A stretch of 61,632 bases of DNA from a virus (taxonomy: Duplodnaviria > Caudoviricetes). Every line of letters starts with the position of its first letter. Position 1 is the first letter of the stretch. Below are positions 1 to 10,092 of this stretch, one piece after another. The stretch lies in the IMG/VR virus record IMGVR_UViG_3300049783_001456, positions 1-61,632 of that record. One strand, 5' to 3'. The notes under the pieces were generated by a model. That model searched no databases. It was not told the DNA's origin and saw only the letters and a list, made by a program, of their open reading frames with translations. The position numbers and the translations under genes were made by a program.

Positions 1-1613
1 CAGGTCTCCTGGAGAACCTCGAAGTCTGTCTTCGATGCGAGCTCTACGACGCTGGGTTCGCGGTGGCCGATAGCAGGAGAGTCTGCGGTCTGCTTCCGAG
101 CCTCGAACCGACGGCCAGGCTTGTTAGTTAGATCCGGGAAAGCAGAATGGACAGCTTTCTGCAGAACGTCCTTGGTGAGCTCTGGGCGCATCGCAGAGAT
201 AACGTTCTCAACTGCTTCAGGAGTCGGGGCTGGACCGGTAACTCCCAGCAACGCTCTAGCATCGTCCGGGGAGAGGATCCCAGACAGCACCAGAGCGGGC
301 AGTCCGACGCTGGAGAAGGGAGAGGAGGCTGCATCGATAAGAGCTTCGTCCTTCTCTGGGAGGCTGGGGAGGCGAGTGCGTTGGCGAACCGCTCGCTCAG
401 TCTCTGCGTCCATCGTTATGACGCCGGCAGTGACCATGGAAGTCAGGTCGGTGATCGCCAGAGCCTGCTCACCTTGTGGGTACGACCACTCGAGAAGAGG
501 TGCCTGCTCGTCTTCGCCGAAGTTCCAGTCGACCAGGTCGTTGATCACGTGCTCGTTGGTGGTGTCGCGATACCAATTCGCGATCGCCTCGACCAGCATC
601 TGGAAGAAGTCAGCGAACGTCTCGCCGAGGGCACGGCTGCCCGTCTGTGTCTGCCCAAGCTGCACGACCATAGCCATGAAGGTGCGTGCCATGCTCTCGT
701 CGTAATAGCGGATCGAAGCCATGATGTCAGGGAGAGTTCCACGTACACCCTCGATACCGACGGTCGCTCCGTTGGCCAGGCCGACTCCACCGTTCTCGCT
801 TGCACGCATCGACTGAGCCAGCTTGGCGTACTGGGCCGGATCTCCGCCGGGAGGTGCCGTGGCTGTGGGGATACCCAAACCGAACCGCTCGTTCTTCATC
901 GAGTCGACACGGAGCGCTCGGTCCTTCAACACCCAGTCGCGGTACATCGGTCGGAGCATGGAGCGACCGTACCAATTACTGCCTTCACGCTTCCACACGT
1001 AGGCAGCGAGCGCTGATACGGGGATCTGAGGAGTGGATTCCCGGAGGTAGTTCAGACCTTGCCTGATGCTGGTTCCGTAGAACTTCGGGATATGCCCGAA
1101 CTGGTTGATGCCCGACAGTCCACCATCACGAGAGATGAGGATGTCTTGGATAGAGCCTGGCATGCGAGGTGCGAGCTTGCGGAGACGCCAGCCATCTTTC
1201 GCCAGGTCGAAGTTGTCCGTGTCTGGCACTTGCTCAAAGAACATGTGCCCGTACCAAGGAGCAAGGAGAGCATGCTCTAGGTGGTCACGGTGCTTGAACC
1301 TCCGACGTGAGCGAGGTGATACTTCATTGCTCCCTTTGATCGGTATCCCGAGGTCGGTGCTGACCTGCTGTACGACTTCGTCCCGAGCACCGTTGGGGTT
1401 CAGGGTCCATTCCATTCGGAGGATCGGCATCGTGACGGAGTCACACAAGCTACTGACCTGGGAGTCAACACGCATTTGGTTTACAGTCTGCACTCGCTGG
1501 CTTCCGACCCACGCAGGTGGTTCTGTAGAATCAGCCGTGCTTACAGCGAAAGAGCTCCACCCTGGGAGAGCCTCTACGCTTCCGATCTCTGTTTTGGGTG
1601 CTAGTGTAGCCAA
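1..1613 (-). CDS. Portal protein (Mu gp29/DUF935-like), runs off the left edge; not in the ORF track
   Basis: Manual translation from TTG at 1613 (AAGGAG RBS upstream): MATLAPKTEIGSV...YGHMFFEQ...NWYGRSMLRPMYRDWVLKDRALRVDSMKNERFGLGIP...GSRALGETFADFF. Open to position 1; directly follows the terminase. Confidence 0.85.
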   Translation of the reverse strand, partial: MATLAPKTEIGSVEALPGWSSFAVSTADSTEPPAWVGSQRVQTVNQMRVDSQVSSLCDSVTMPILRMEWTLNPNGARDEVVQQVSTDLGIPIKGSNEVSPRSRRRFKHRDHLEHALLAPWYGHMFFEQVPDTDNFDLAKDGWRLRKLAPRMPGSIQDILISRDGGLSGINQFGHIPKFYGTSIRQGLNYLRESTPQIPVSALAAYVWKREGSNWYGRSMLRPMYRDWVLKDRALRVDSMKNERFGLGIPTATAPPGGDPAQYAKLAQSMRASENGGVGLANGATVGIEGVRGTLPDIMASIRYYDESMARTFMAMVVQLGQTQTGSRALGETFADFFQMLVEAIANWYRDTTNEHVINDLVDWNFGEDEQAPLLEWSYPQGEQALAITDLTSMVTAGVITMDAETERAVRQRTRLPSLPEKDEALIDAASSPFSSVGLPALVLSGILSPDDARALLGVTGPAPTPEAVENVISAMRPELTKDVLQKAVHSAFPDLTNKPGRRFEARKQTADSPAIGHREPSVVELASKTDFEVLQET

Positions 1614-1626
1614 CTTGATCTCCTTG

Positions 1627-3210
1627 TCACCATTGTATGCCCAGGATATCGCTCGTTATCATGCGCTGTATATGATGTTGATTCGTGGTTCCGTCCGGTC
1701 TATCTGGAGCAAGAGCATACGCTAGCGCATCCCCTCGGTCAGGGCTGGACACCCCACGAGACTTCATAGCGTCTTTGCCTTCGATAAGGATCTGTCCCTG
1801 GCTGTTGATCTTGTACCTGACGTTTGAGAGTTGAGCGAGTAGGTCGTCGTCTTCAGGATCGATGTCGAGCCAACCATCAGACCCGTTCCCACTGGGACCG
1901 GCGAACGCTTCGCGCATGTTCCACCACAACTCTGCTCGCTTGTTTACGAAACGTGGCTTGCCGTTCGACATCAGTTGCCGGGCAGCAGCGCCGCCGATGA
2001 TCGCCACTGTGGGGAAGCCTTGCTCCTTCAGGAGGTCCGTCACGCCGCCACCCACACCAACATCATCGATACAGATGACGGGAAGCGTAGACCCCGATTC
2101 TTGGTGCTCCATGCTTCGCTTAGCAATCACACCTGCAAACTCAGTGATAGGTCCGTATGCGATGTCCTCAACAACTCTGCAATGCCCACCTTGACGGAGT
2201 ATCAGGATGCTGTGATCGACCCCGTACCGGGCAACGTCAGCGCCGAACTGAGCAGAGTTGGGGGTCACGCGAACTTCTCTCGCAGCGGCAAGCGTCAGCC
2301 AGTGTGGGTTGATCAAGGTGTCTGTCGTGACTGTGGGGAAACGACCTCGAACCTTGCTCTGGAAGATCGGGCTGTTGACACCCCAACGCTTGATTCTCTC
2401 TGCAACCCAGGTGGGTGAGACCAGTAAGTCTTTCAGGTCTTCGGGGATCACTTCGTCCGTCGGTGAGATCCCTTCGCTGATCATATACTTCTTCAGGTCG
2501 GGGTGCTTCTCTACTTCTTCCCGGTTGAACCTCGGCGAGGTAAGAGCATCGATAGGAACGACGTTCCAACCAGACCCCGGTTTGCATACTGTGTTGAAGT
2601 GTGAGTTGGGGTCGTCCGGGTTCCCCACAGCCAGAACTCGAGCGTACTCGTTGGTTGCGAGAGAGTCGACCGCATCGTACAGCAAGCGTGGGATGCCGCA
2701 GGCCTCGTCGAGGATGACGAGAACGTAACGAGCGTGGATGCCCTGGAAGCCTGTGGCGTCGTAATCGGATGGCTTGCGACCGTAGGCAACGAGCTCGGAA
2801 ACGCCACCCTTGTGGCCGATCTTCCATTCGTTGGCTCCGGTGACATAACCGAACAGTTCAGCCTTGCGGTGAGCACGACCAATCTCACGCCAGAGGATTG
2901 CCCCGACTTGAGCTGCAGTAGGGGCTGTCGTTACGACGAAGGCGTCCCCCTTGGGGTGGGAGTCCAGCCACCAGGCGGTCAACCTTGAAGCTGTGAAGGA
3001 CTTCCCGACGTCGTGACAAGAAGGAACAGCAGTGTATCGGTTCTCCACGACAGAGCGCATGATGGCTCCTTGATCGCGAGTGATCCATTCGTCCATCTTG
3101 TCGCGGACCCACTGAACCGGATCCTGCCCGTAGGGGTCAGTTGGAGGGTCGAGCCTGTTTGCTAACGCTTCAGCCCAGTTCAGTCCTGCAGGCGTAGCGA
3201 GAGTCTTCAT
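1627..3210 (-). CDS. terL: Terminase large subunit
   Basis: Walker A-like SCHDVGKS, Walker B VILDEACG, GNP coupling motif, nuclease motifs FGADVARYGVD and SPDRGDAL. Confidence 0.93.
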   Translation of the reverse strand: MKTLATPAGLNWAEALANRLDPPTDPYGQDPVQWVRDKMDEWITRDQGAIMRSVVENRYTAVPSCHDVGKSFTASRLTAWWLDSHPKGDAFVVTTAPTAAQVGAILWREIGRAHRKAELFGYVTGANEWKIGHKGGVSELVAYGRKPSDYDATGFQGIHARYVLVILDEACGIPRLLYDAVDSLATNEYARVLAVGNPDDPNSHFNTVCKPGSGWNVVPIDALTSPRFNREEVEKHPDLKKYMISEGISPTDEVIPEDLKDLLVSPTWVAERIKRWGVNSPIFQSKVRGRFPTVTTDTLINPHWLTLAAAREVRVTPNSAQFGADVARYGVDHSILILRQGGHCRVVEDIAYGPITEFAGVIAKRSMEHQESGSTLPVICIDDVGVGGGVTDLLKEQGFPTVAIIGGAAARQLMSNGKPRFVNKRAELWWNMREAFAGPSGNGSDGWLDIDPEDDDLLAQLSNVRYKINSQGQILIEGKDAMKSRGVSSPDRGDALAYALAPDRPDGTTNQHHIQRMITSDILGIQW

Positions 3211-3225
3211 GATTGCTACCCTACC

Positions 3226-3753
3226 TCAGAGCACCAGCTCTTTTACGAGGTGGACTGCGGCCGCAGCAAGCTGCTGGATTGCTTCGGTCTGTTGGGCGTT
3301 CGACATTTCGCGCACCTGCTGAATCCTTTCGAGCGCCTCGACTGCCCCTTTGATTCGTTCGGTCACTGCGTCGCGTTCGGCCTGCTCGGCGTCGGCTTTC
3401 AGCTCGGCGTCGGTCTTCGGGCGGACCGTCCAAACGACAGTGGAAACATTCCCGACTGTGACAACGGTTCGATCGTGGCTTTCCTCGGCTGTGTCTTCTG
3501 GCCGTGGAGTCCTGACCATCGACGCCCAAACCTGAACCGGTCGGCCGTCCACCAGATCGACCGACGACGACGTATAGCTGACGGTCTTGGTGTCTTCTGG
3601 CCGTGGCGTTCTGGTCACCTCAAAGATTCCGAACGTTGCAAGAATGGCCGGGTCCATTGGCCGGATATCTATGTCGCCGCCATCAGTGTGAATGATGGCG
3701 GGCACCTTGAACGGGTAAGCCATAACGCCGTTTGTGACTTGTGCGAAACTCAT
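3226..3753 (-). CDS. Hypothetical, possible fibre-associated or chaperone protein with an internal TPRPEDT duplication
   Basis: Start moved to ATG 3753 (GAAAGG RBS); C-terminal coiled coil; follows the Gly-rich fibre-like gene. Confidence 0.55.
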   Translation of the reverse strand: MSFAQVTNGVMAYPFKVPAIIHTDGGDIDIRPMDPAILATFGIFEVTRTPRPEDTKTVSYTSSSVDLVDGRPVQVWASMVRTPRPEDTAEESHDRTVVTVGNVSTVVWTVRPKTDAELKADAEQAERDAVTERIKGAVEALERIQQVREMSNAQQTEAIQQLAAAAVHLVKELVL

Positions 3754-3779
3754 TGCGCGCCTTTCGATTGAGTGTCCAT

Positions 3780-4634
3780 TCAGATTGCGTACCTGACAAT
3801 GACAATGCCCGAACCGCCATCGGACCCGGCTCGGTTGCTGCCACCGGCACCACCGCCGCCGCCGCCCGTGTTGACCGTTCCAACGATTCCGTTTTCGTTG
3901 TAAGCACCGCCTGCACCGCCGCCACCCGTACCGCCTGCGGCACCTGCACCGAAACCGGTACCGTCGAGACCGCCGCCGCCGCCACCGCCAGCAAAATAAT
4001 CCCCTGAGCCTGACGGCCATTCTTTGCCGTCGCCGCCAGCGCCTGGAGAATTCGGCGACTGCGTTGCATCGAACCCGACCTCTCCAGCACCGCCGCCACC
4101 AGCGCCGTTGTCGTAACTGCTTGAAGTCTGACCAAAGCCGCCACGGAATCCCTGGCCTGCGACCCCGGTGCCTGGTGTCGGTGTTGTTTCACGAATGGAG
4201 CATCCACCGCCCGAACCGCCATCCTTAGCGTCGCCTGTTCCGCTGAGGTCACCACCGCCGCCGCCGCCGCCGTCAGTCACGACGAGCGAGCCGATAGAAG
4301 AATCGGCCCCGTTGAGACCGGGAGAGTTACCGCCTGAGGGGTTTCTGACTCCGCCGTCTCCGACGGTGATTGTCTGCGTAGCTGAGATCGTTAGTGAGGT
4401 TCCTTCGCTCATGCCGCCAGCACCGCCGCCACCGCCGACGTTGTTACCGCCAGACGCACCGCCAGCGACGACCAGATATTCGACAACACCACCAGACGTG
4501 ACCGTCAACGTGCCCGAAGCCGTAAACGTGTGATATTTGAATCCGTCGCCCGGTGTGGTCTCGGTGCCGCCAGACATCACCGGACTACTAGCCGAAGATG
4601 TCACATGCGCTGAAGCAAATATGCCGAGGCTCAT
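3780..4634 (-). CDS. Glycine-rich virion fibre or receptor-binding-like protein
   Basis: YHTFTASGTL...VEYLVVAGGASGG...GGGGAGG...GGSGIVIVRY, a common phage Gly-rich domain; ATG 4634 overlaps the upstream stop. Confidence 0.75.
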   Translation of the reverse strand: MSLGIFASAHVTSSASSPVMSGGTETTPGDGFKYHTFTASGTLTVTSGGVVEYLVVAGGASGGNNVGGGGGAGGMSEGTSLTISATQTITVGDGGVRNPSGGNSPGLNGADSSIGSLVVTDGGGGGGGDLSGTGDAKDGGSGGGCSIRETTPTPGTGVAGQGFRGGFGQTSSSYDNGAGGGGAGEVGFDATQSPNSPGAGGDGKEWPSGSGDYFAGGGGGGGLDGTGFGAGAAGGTGGGGAGGAYNENGIVGTVNTGGGGGGAGGSNRAGSDGGSGIVIVRYAI

Positions 4635-5011
4635 GGTGTCGCCAAATCGCCGACAGCCAACCACGTGTCGGTCGCTATCTTGCGCAACGTAACCCCCGAA
4701 TACTGGTCACGAAACACCAGCGACGGCGTCGCATTAACCGTCACCCCCGCACCCGCGGCAATCGTCACGATCCCGGCACCGAGGCCAGCCACATCGACAA
4801 ACGAACCGACCGCAAACGCCACATCACTATTCGGTGGAACGGTGACCGTGACAGCCGAACCATTCGAGCAAGTCACCAAGCCATAAGCGTCGGTCAATAC
4901 CAACGTAACCGCCGTTCCAGTCTGAGCGTTGATTGCTTGCGCTGGGTCAACGGCGAGGTTGAAACCAGCGGGCACCCACTTCTCGCCATCCCAAAGTTTG
5001 AGGACACCCAT
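4631..5011 (-). CDS. Small fibre-associated protein
   Basis: TLVLTDAYGLVT...VTVTVP...GAGIVTIAAGAGVTVN...DTWLAVGDL, paralogous to the C-terminus of 6122..8392. Confidence 0.65.
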   Translation of the reverse strand: MGVLKLWDGEKWVPAGFNLAVDPAQAINAQTGTAVTLVLTDAYGLVTCSNGSAVTVTVPPNSDVAFAVGSFVDVAGLGAGIVTIAAGAGVTVNATPSLVFRDQYSGVTLRKIATDTWLAVGDLATP

Positions 5012-5424
5012 CAGAGACCACCCATCGGGTTGCTAGTCAATTCAATCACGAGAGCCGTTAATCGTTCGATCTGTCGTCGCATCTGTGCAGGGGTCGGGTT
5101 GGCGACTTCAAGGTAAGTCGGCAATTCTGCTGCGATGACTTGCAGCCTGGCCCGTTTGGCTTGCTCTGCTTCGGCCTGGATGCGTCGGTCTGCAAGTTCC
5201 TGGTCAAACGTCCATGCCTCGGTGAACGTGTCACCAAACCGGACGACGCTGCGCGCATGGTCAACGCTGGGCCGGTCCACCTCAATCAGCGGGAAGTATC
5301 CGGCGTCTAGGTCGGCAGGGACGAACCGGCCTTCGTTGTCGTCGTCTTGAATCCAATGGAGCTTTGGGGGTTTCCCGAATCGTTGAGTAACGGTTATTCT
5401 GTCTTCGCTGTAAATCGTGATCAT
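5011..5424 (-). CDS. Hypothetical, possible fibre-associated protein
   Basis: Coupled ORF in the fibre cluster; GAAAGG before ATG 5424; C-terminal helical segment. Confidence 0.5.
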   Translation of the reverse strand: MITIYSEDRITVTQRFGKPPKLHWIQDDDNEGRFVPADLDAGYFPLIEVDRPSVDHARSVVRFGDTFTEAWTFDQELADRRIQAEAEQAKRARLQVIAAELPTYLEVANPTPAQMRRQIERLTALVIELTSNPMGGL

Positions 5425-5435
5425 GGCGTTGCCTT

Positions 5436-6125
5436 TCATGGTGTCCCGTAATGGTCCTGCGACCAGGCCAGCAAGCTCGATTGTTCGGTGGAGGTAAATG
5501 CGCCGTTCTTTACACCAACAAAGACGGCCGACTGCCCAGTTCCTCTGTAAGTTGAATTAAAAGTTCCGACAGTCAATCGAGTGATGTCCTGGGTTCCAGC
5601 GTTCTCAACCTGACCACTACCATCAATCAGGTACTCGGAAGGCGCTCCGGCTGCGTAAAACGTATGTATATGAGCGTCTTGGTCACCGGCGACAGCCCCA
5701 GAAAAGCTGCCCCCGGCAAAGGCCCGCCATGAGCCCTGATGTATCCACCCGAAAAAGGCGCTTTGGCCGCTAAGCCATAACGCAACTCGGTTTGCTGAAA
5801 CGTTCCGACTAATTACCACAGCCGTAAACGGCTGCGCAACTGCCATGTATGCGTTTAGCTTGTCGTCAATGCCAGACATAACTATTGCAGGCGTTCCAAA
5901 TACGGAATCGGAAGCGTCGTATGTCGGCGGGTTAGTTGACTCAGTCAGGTCTGTTCCGCCCGAAACTTCATTCGGCCACGTCGGAACAGAATCACCATCA
6001 GCCAAGCCAAGCGCCTTGAACGCTGTCCCTTCTGTCCAATACAATGACTGCCAGGTGATGTCTGTTTCAGGGTTGAACCCGCCAGCGCTTTGCTCTGCGA
6101 TTGCTCCCAATGCTTGCAACATCAT
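5436..6125 (-). CDS. Concanavalin A/LamG-like beta-sandwich virion protein
   Basis: DGDSVPTWPNEVSGGTDLT...PTY...FGTPAI...QPFTAVVI pattern of phage LamG-like domains; ATG overlaps the upstream TGA. Confidence 0.6.
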   Translation of the reverse strand: MMLQALGAIAEQSAGGFNPETDITWQSLYWTEGTAFKALGLADGDSVPTWPNEVSGGTDLTESTNPPTYDASDSVFGTPAIVMSGIDDKLNAYMAVAQPFTAVVISRNVSANRVALWLSGQSAFFGWIHQGSWRAFAGGSFSGAVAGDQDAHIHTFYAAGAPSEYLIDGSGQVENAGTQDITRLTVGTFNSTYRGTGQSAVFVGVKNGAFTSTEQSSLLAWSQDHYGTP

Positions 6126-8392
6126 GCCGTCTGACCTCCAGCGATGATCCACGTGTCCGCCGAGGCATCGGCGCACGTTAGGAGCAGGCTCTTGTTCTGC
6201 GGGATTGTCAGGTTTGGTGACGACCCAATCAGCGACAAGCCTGTGACGGACACTGTGACCCCACCAGCGCCAGCAGCAAAGATGCCCACCATGTCGCCGT
6301 CGGCAAACTCAACATTAGCGAACAGCGGAATTGTCACAGTGACTAGGGCAGCGGCCGTCATGATCTTGTAGCTGTTTATGTCAGAAACGGCGAGCGTGTA
6401 CGTCGTGGCTGACTCGGTAGTTGGGGGAACGCTGGGTGATGCAGCGACTGCGTCAGTGTCAAACCACAACACCGTGGCATCACCAGTCGGTGCGCTCGCT
6501 TGCTGCACCAGCGTCCCAATGTTTGCACGGGCCGCCGCAAAGTCCAGCAGATCATTCAGGCTGTTGCCCTTGAGCAACGCACCTGCAAGCACCGAGCTCG
6601 AGCCGCCCTGGACGCCCATTGTGTACTCACGGAACTCGGCGAGGCTGGACTGATTGGTGTTGCTGGCTGTGCTAGAAACGAACCACCAGCCGAAGAACGT
6701 TGCGTTCTTGAGCTGCGGGTTGAGCACGAAATCTTCAAGCAGCGAACCGGCGCGAGCGAGCACGAGGTTGGCGTAGTTCCCCTGGCCCCGTTGCAGCGCG
6801 AACAGCCCAGAAGAGAACCGGAACAGTCGGTGAGCCACCCACGTGGTGCTGCCGAGTGCGGTAACCGTCGTGGCGTTATCCCACTCAAGCGGCAGCTCAG
6901 TTTCGGTAGCTGACTCAATCCCCGTTCTCGACATGAGACTGAAAGACGCACCAGCCACGGCGTCGAAGCTCTTGATATGGGCATTGTGGATATCGCCCGT
7001 GCCACCGAACTCAAGCAACGTTCCTGCTGAAACGTCGAAGCCGAGGTCTGCATCTCGTCCCGTAATCGTCTGGTCACGCTTGAACGGGACACCTGCGTCC
7101 AGGAGAAATGTGTAGATATCTCGCAGGCTGTTGGAATCGTTGCCGAGCGGGTTGTTGAGGTACTCGAACGCGATCACCTGGTTCGTGCTGGTGTTCACGC
7201 CGATACGCATCAGGAATAGTTTGCGACTCCAGTCTTCGCGGGTCGGCGTAGTCGTCTGCTGCTGCAGCACACTGCTGGAGTCAAGGTAAACATACGTTGA
7301 GCTCGCGTTCAGGTTGTTGACCGTGACGCCTGTGGCACCAGCGTAGATTATATGGAAGAAGCCGAGGTCGCTGTAGATCTGCCCATCCACGGCAGACAAG
7401 TCAAACGTCGTGCTGTTGACTGCTGCGGTGTAAGTGACAGCCACGCCGGTACCGCGAGCCTTCTGCAGAGCGTGATCTACGGCGTCGGCGAACGCCTGCA
7501 GGTTTGTCTCGCTTGCGACCACAAGCGCTGCGTCTGAGAGCGTCATGTTCGCGATATCGAAGGTCGGTGAAGCCCCGCTGGCCACGCTCTGGTTGAGCGC
7601 CTTGACCGCCGCGACCGACTGGAGCTCAGAATCCATCAGCGCCCCCGCACCTTGCACGTTTGCAGCGTCTACGGTTGCATCAGAACCAGCGGGGCCAGCC
7701 ACGGTGGAGTCAGCGCCTGCAGGGCCAGCCACGGTGGAGTCAGCGCCAGCGGGGCCAGCCACGGTGGAGTCAGCGCCAGCAGGTCCAGTGGGGCCAGCCA
7801 CGGTGGAGTCAGCGCCAGCAGGTCCAGCCACAGTGGAGTCAGCGCCAGCAGGTCCAGTGGGGCCAGCCACGGTGGAGTCAGCGCCTGCGGGGCCAGTGGG
7901 GCCAGCCACGGTGGAGTCAGCGCCTGCAGGGCCAGTGGGGCCAGCCGGTCCCTGCGACACTGCAAGATTGAGGAGGATAGTCTGAACCGTCGAGGAGACG
8001 CTGCTAGCTGCCCCCGACAATACGACCTCTATAGTGTTCACGCTGCCACCTGTGGGCTCAGCGTCGCCCCTGGTGATGTCTGCTCGGACAGATGCGGAGA
8101 AGTAGAGGATGGTCCCGAAGGTTGAACCCTCAATATCCCCCACGATCTTATCCTCGAACAGTCTGGACTTATCCCCCGAGAATGAGAGGCTGAGTATTCC
8201 GTCCGCTGAAGCGCTCTCATCTACGACGAGATCAACACCCACCGAGGAAGTCGGGAAGGAGCGAACCGTTGAGGTCCAAGTGGATAGAGAAAGATCGACC
8301 GCTGCGCCATCACCATCAACGACGCTAAGTATGATCGTGCGCGGGTCTCCTCGGGTGATGCGAGGTAGTTTGACTTCAGCGATATCTGCCAT
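6122..8392 (-). CDS. Collagen-like repeat fibre protein
   Basis: N-terminal RGD...VDLS adaptor-like domain, GPAGADSTVA repeats, LLKGNSLNDLLDFAAARANIG fibre motif. Confidence 0.75.
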   Translation of the reverse strand: MADIAEVKLPRITRGDPRTIILSVVDGDGAAVDLSLSTWTSTVRSFPTSSVGVDLVVDESASADGILSLSFSGDKSRLFEDKIVGDIEGSTFGTILYFSASVRADITRGDAEPTGGSVNTIEVVLSGAASSVSSTVQTILLNLAVSQGPAGPTGPAGADSTVAGPTGPAGADSTVAGPTGPAGADSTVAGPAGADSTVAGPTGPAGADSTVAGPAGADSTVAGPAGADSTVAGPAGSDATVDAANVQGAGALMDSELQSVAAVKALNQSVASGASPTFDIANMTLSDAALVVASETNLQAFADAVDHALQKARGTGVAVTYTAAVNSTTFDLSAVDGQIYSDLGFFHIIYAGATGVTVNNLNASSTYVYLDSSSVLQQQTTTPTREDWSRKLFLMRIGVNTSTNQVIAFEYLNNPLGNDSNSLRDIYTFLLDAGVPFKRDQTITGRDADLGFDVSAGTLLEFGGTGDIHNAHIKSFDAVAGASFSLMSRTGIESATETELPLEWDNATTVTALGSTTWVAHRLFRFSSGLFALQRGQGNYANLVLARAGSLLEDFVLNPQLKNATFFGWWFVSSTASNTNQSSLAEFREYTMGVQGGSSSVLAGALLKGNSLNDLLDFAAARANIGTLVQQASAPTGDATVLWFDTDAVAASPSVPPTTESATTYTLAVSDINSYKIMTAAALVTVTIPLFANVEFADGDMVGIFAAGAGGVTVSVTGLSLIGSSPNLTIPQNKSLLLTCADASADTWIIAGGQTA
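7685..7952 (-). repeat. Tandem 30/39-bp repeats encoding GP(TGP)AGADSTVA
   Basis: About 7-8 near-identical copies of gggccagccacggtggagtcagcgcc. Confidence 0.95.
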
Positions 8393-8502
8393 AGCGATTA
8401 CAATATACCTGACTCGGGTGATGTCTGCGACGACTCGTCCAATGTGCCCGGAACAGTTGACACCTGTGCTAGGGTACGAAGACCAACAGAGGAGGGGATA
8501 AA

Positions 8503-9531
8503 GTGACTACGAGAATTACGAAGCTCGACAACTGGACAAGAGGCGGAAGCCCTGGGACGGAACTGAAGTCTTCAGGGCACCGCAGTATCCGAACAGCGCG
8601 AGATGGACGGTTTGGGGCTCACGGGGTCTATCACCGATACTCGACCCCTCAGAAGTTTCAGGCTCCTTTCGTTTGGCGAGGTGAGATCAAGATCAGGGAA
8701 GTTATGGACCCCCCTGTCTTCGAGGACGGAACTCCCGCTTGGTATGATCCAGCGGTTAACTTCGACATGATCTACCCAAGCAACGATCTCAACGTATTCT
8801 GCAACTTCGCTCGTTGGGACGACCATCAGAAGACAAGCTCCTCGGCGGAGATGCGAGACGAGCGCCCGGACAAGCCGTATCAGTACCGCACTGGGGTCGC
8901 CTCCCGCACTAGGGAGCGCCTGCCTTTCGACCCCGTAGACGGTCGATTCCATGACTTCATCGTGGTTGTGCTGAGTACATCTCACTACGCCATGTCGCTC
9001 GACGGATTCACGTTCTTCGAGATACAGGAGAAGCTGCCCGCGACGATCCCACCAGGTCGCTGGCCTGTGGGGTTGCGCCTGGACTTCTGTGATGTTGAGT
9101 TCAGGAACATGACCGTTGAAGAGACCACCGTAACCAACCCACAACCCATCACACCTTTCAGGAGCAACCCGATGACATTGACGCCCATTGAACCCCGACG
9201 CGAAATCGACACGAGAGGAGGTCAGCTCCGCAAGGACGGCACCTTGATCCCCGACGGCGGAGGTCGCTTGCGCAAGGGGATGCCTCGCCGGATAAAGGTT
9301 GTCGCTGGCACCTCAGGCTCGTTTACCGTCTCAGCGTTCTCGGCATCCAGGCCTGGCTACGTGACCGTGTCGTCCGACGGATCCTTCTCCGGGGAAGCGA
9401 ACGCTGTTAGCTTCGCTCCGAACGACGTGCGTGAGAACGGAATGCTGCTCGGTGCACCGGACGGGTGCATCTGGGTCAAGGCCACGCAAGACTGCGACAT
9501 CGCTGTCGACTGCACAGCCGTTGGAAATTAG
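8503..9531 (+). CDS. Hypothetical two-domain protein: beta-sandwich-like N-terminus and an actinobacterial surface-protein-like C-terminus
   Basis: GAGGAGG RBS; C-terminal TPIEPRREIDTR...GYVTV...NAVSF...DIAVD pattern. Confidence 0.55.
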   Translation: MTTRITKLDNWTRGGSPGTELKSSGHRSIRTARDGRFGAHGVYHRYSTPQKFQAPFVWRGEIKIREVMDPPVFEDGTPAWYDPAVNFDMIYPSNDLNVFCNFARWDDHQKTSSSAEMRDERPDKPYQYRTGVASRTRERLPFDPVDGRFHDFIVVVLSTSHYAMSLDGFTFFEIQEKLPATIPPGRWPVGLRLDFCDVEFRNMTVEETTVTNPQPITPFRSNPMTLTPIEPRREIDTRGGQLRKDGTLIPDGGGRLRKGMPRRIKVVAGTSGSFTVSAFSASRPGYVTVSSDGSFSGEANAVSFAPNDVRENGMLLGAPDGCIWVKATQDCDIAVDCTAVGN

Positions 9532-9619
9532 TTCCTGTCTAGGGTAGCTTTCCAGGAACCGTTGCACTATGATGGTTGTTACTGGCCAACGGGGTCGGTA
9601 ACAACCAAGGGAGTAAGAC
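9531..9619 (+). promoter_or_regulatory. Composite promoter-hairpin-RBS element
   Basis: GTTCCTG..GGGTAGCTTTC..CAGGAAC, TATGAT, N7, ACTGGCC-AACGG-GGTCGGT, AAGGGAG. Confidence 0.8.
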
Positions 9620-9928
9620 ATGATAGTCAACCAGTCCGCTGCATACTCGGCAATGACACCAGTACTCGAGCAGATCCGTGAAGACGCTGTCGAAATGAAG
9701 CGGATGCGGGTCAACGTGCGCAACCTCCTCCCTGGCGACATGTTTGTCGGCAGCGGGAAGGTCGTCCGTCAGATGTTTGACCACATCTTCGGCGAAGACC
9801 TTTTCGAGAAAGCCACCCTCCAGCCCGGTCGGGTGCTCGTCCAGTTCGGCCAGGTCACCGGCCTAAGCGTCGTCAACGGCGACGACCTCCACTGCGTCGA
9901 GATCTTCCGCCCCGTGCAAGAATCATGA
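9620..9928 (+). CDS. Hypothetical early protein
   Basis: ATG directly after the element RBS. Confidence 0.7.
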   Translation: MIVNQSAAYSAMTPVLEQIREDAVEMKRMRVNVRNLLPGDMFVGSGKVVRQMFDHIFGEDLFEKATLQPGRVLVQFGQVTGLSVVNGDDLHCVEIFRPVQES

Positions 9929-10092
9929 AGCGCAAGTGCGTGTCGTGCAGTGGTCGGGGTTGGCACCCAGTCCAGTTCTTCACCCCCGAATACGGATATC
10001 AGATACTCGAGGACTCCTGCCTCGACTGCTCCGGAGCGGGAGACCTGGTTTGTGAGGCAGAGGGTTCTATCGAAATGGCGCTGGTCCGATGA
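9925..10092 (+). CDS. Small DnaJ-type zinc-finger-like protein (CxxCxGxG twice)
   Basis: Manual translation MKRKCVSCSGRGW...SCLDCSGAG; ATGA overlap. Confidence 0.55.
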   Translation: MKRKCVSCSGRGWHPVQFFTPEYGYQILEDSCLDCSGAGDLVCEAEGSIEMALVR

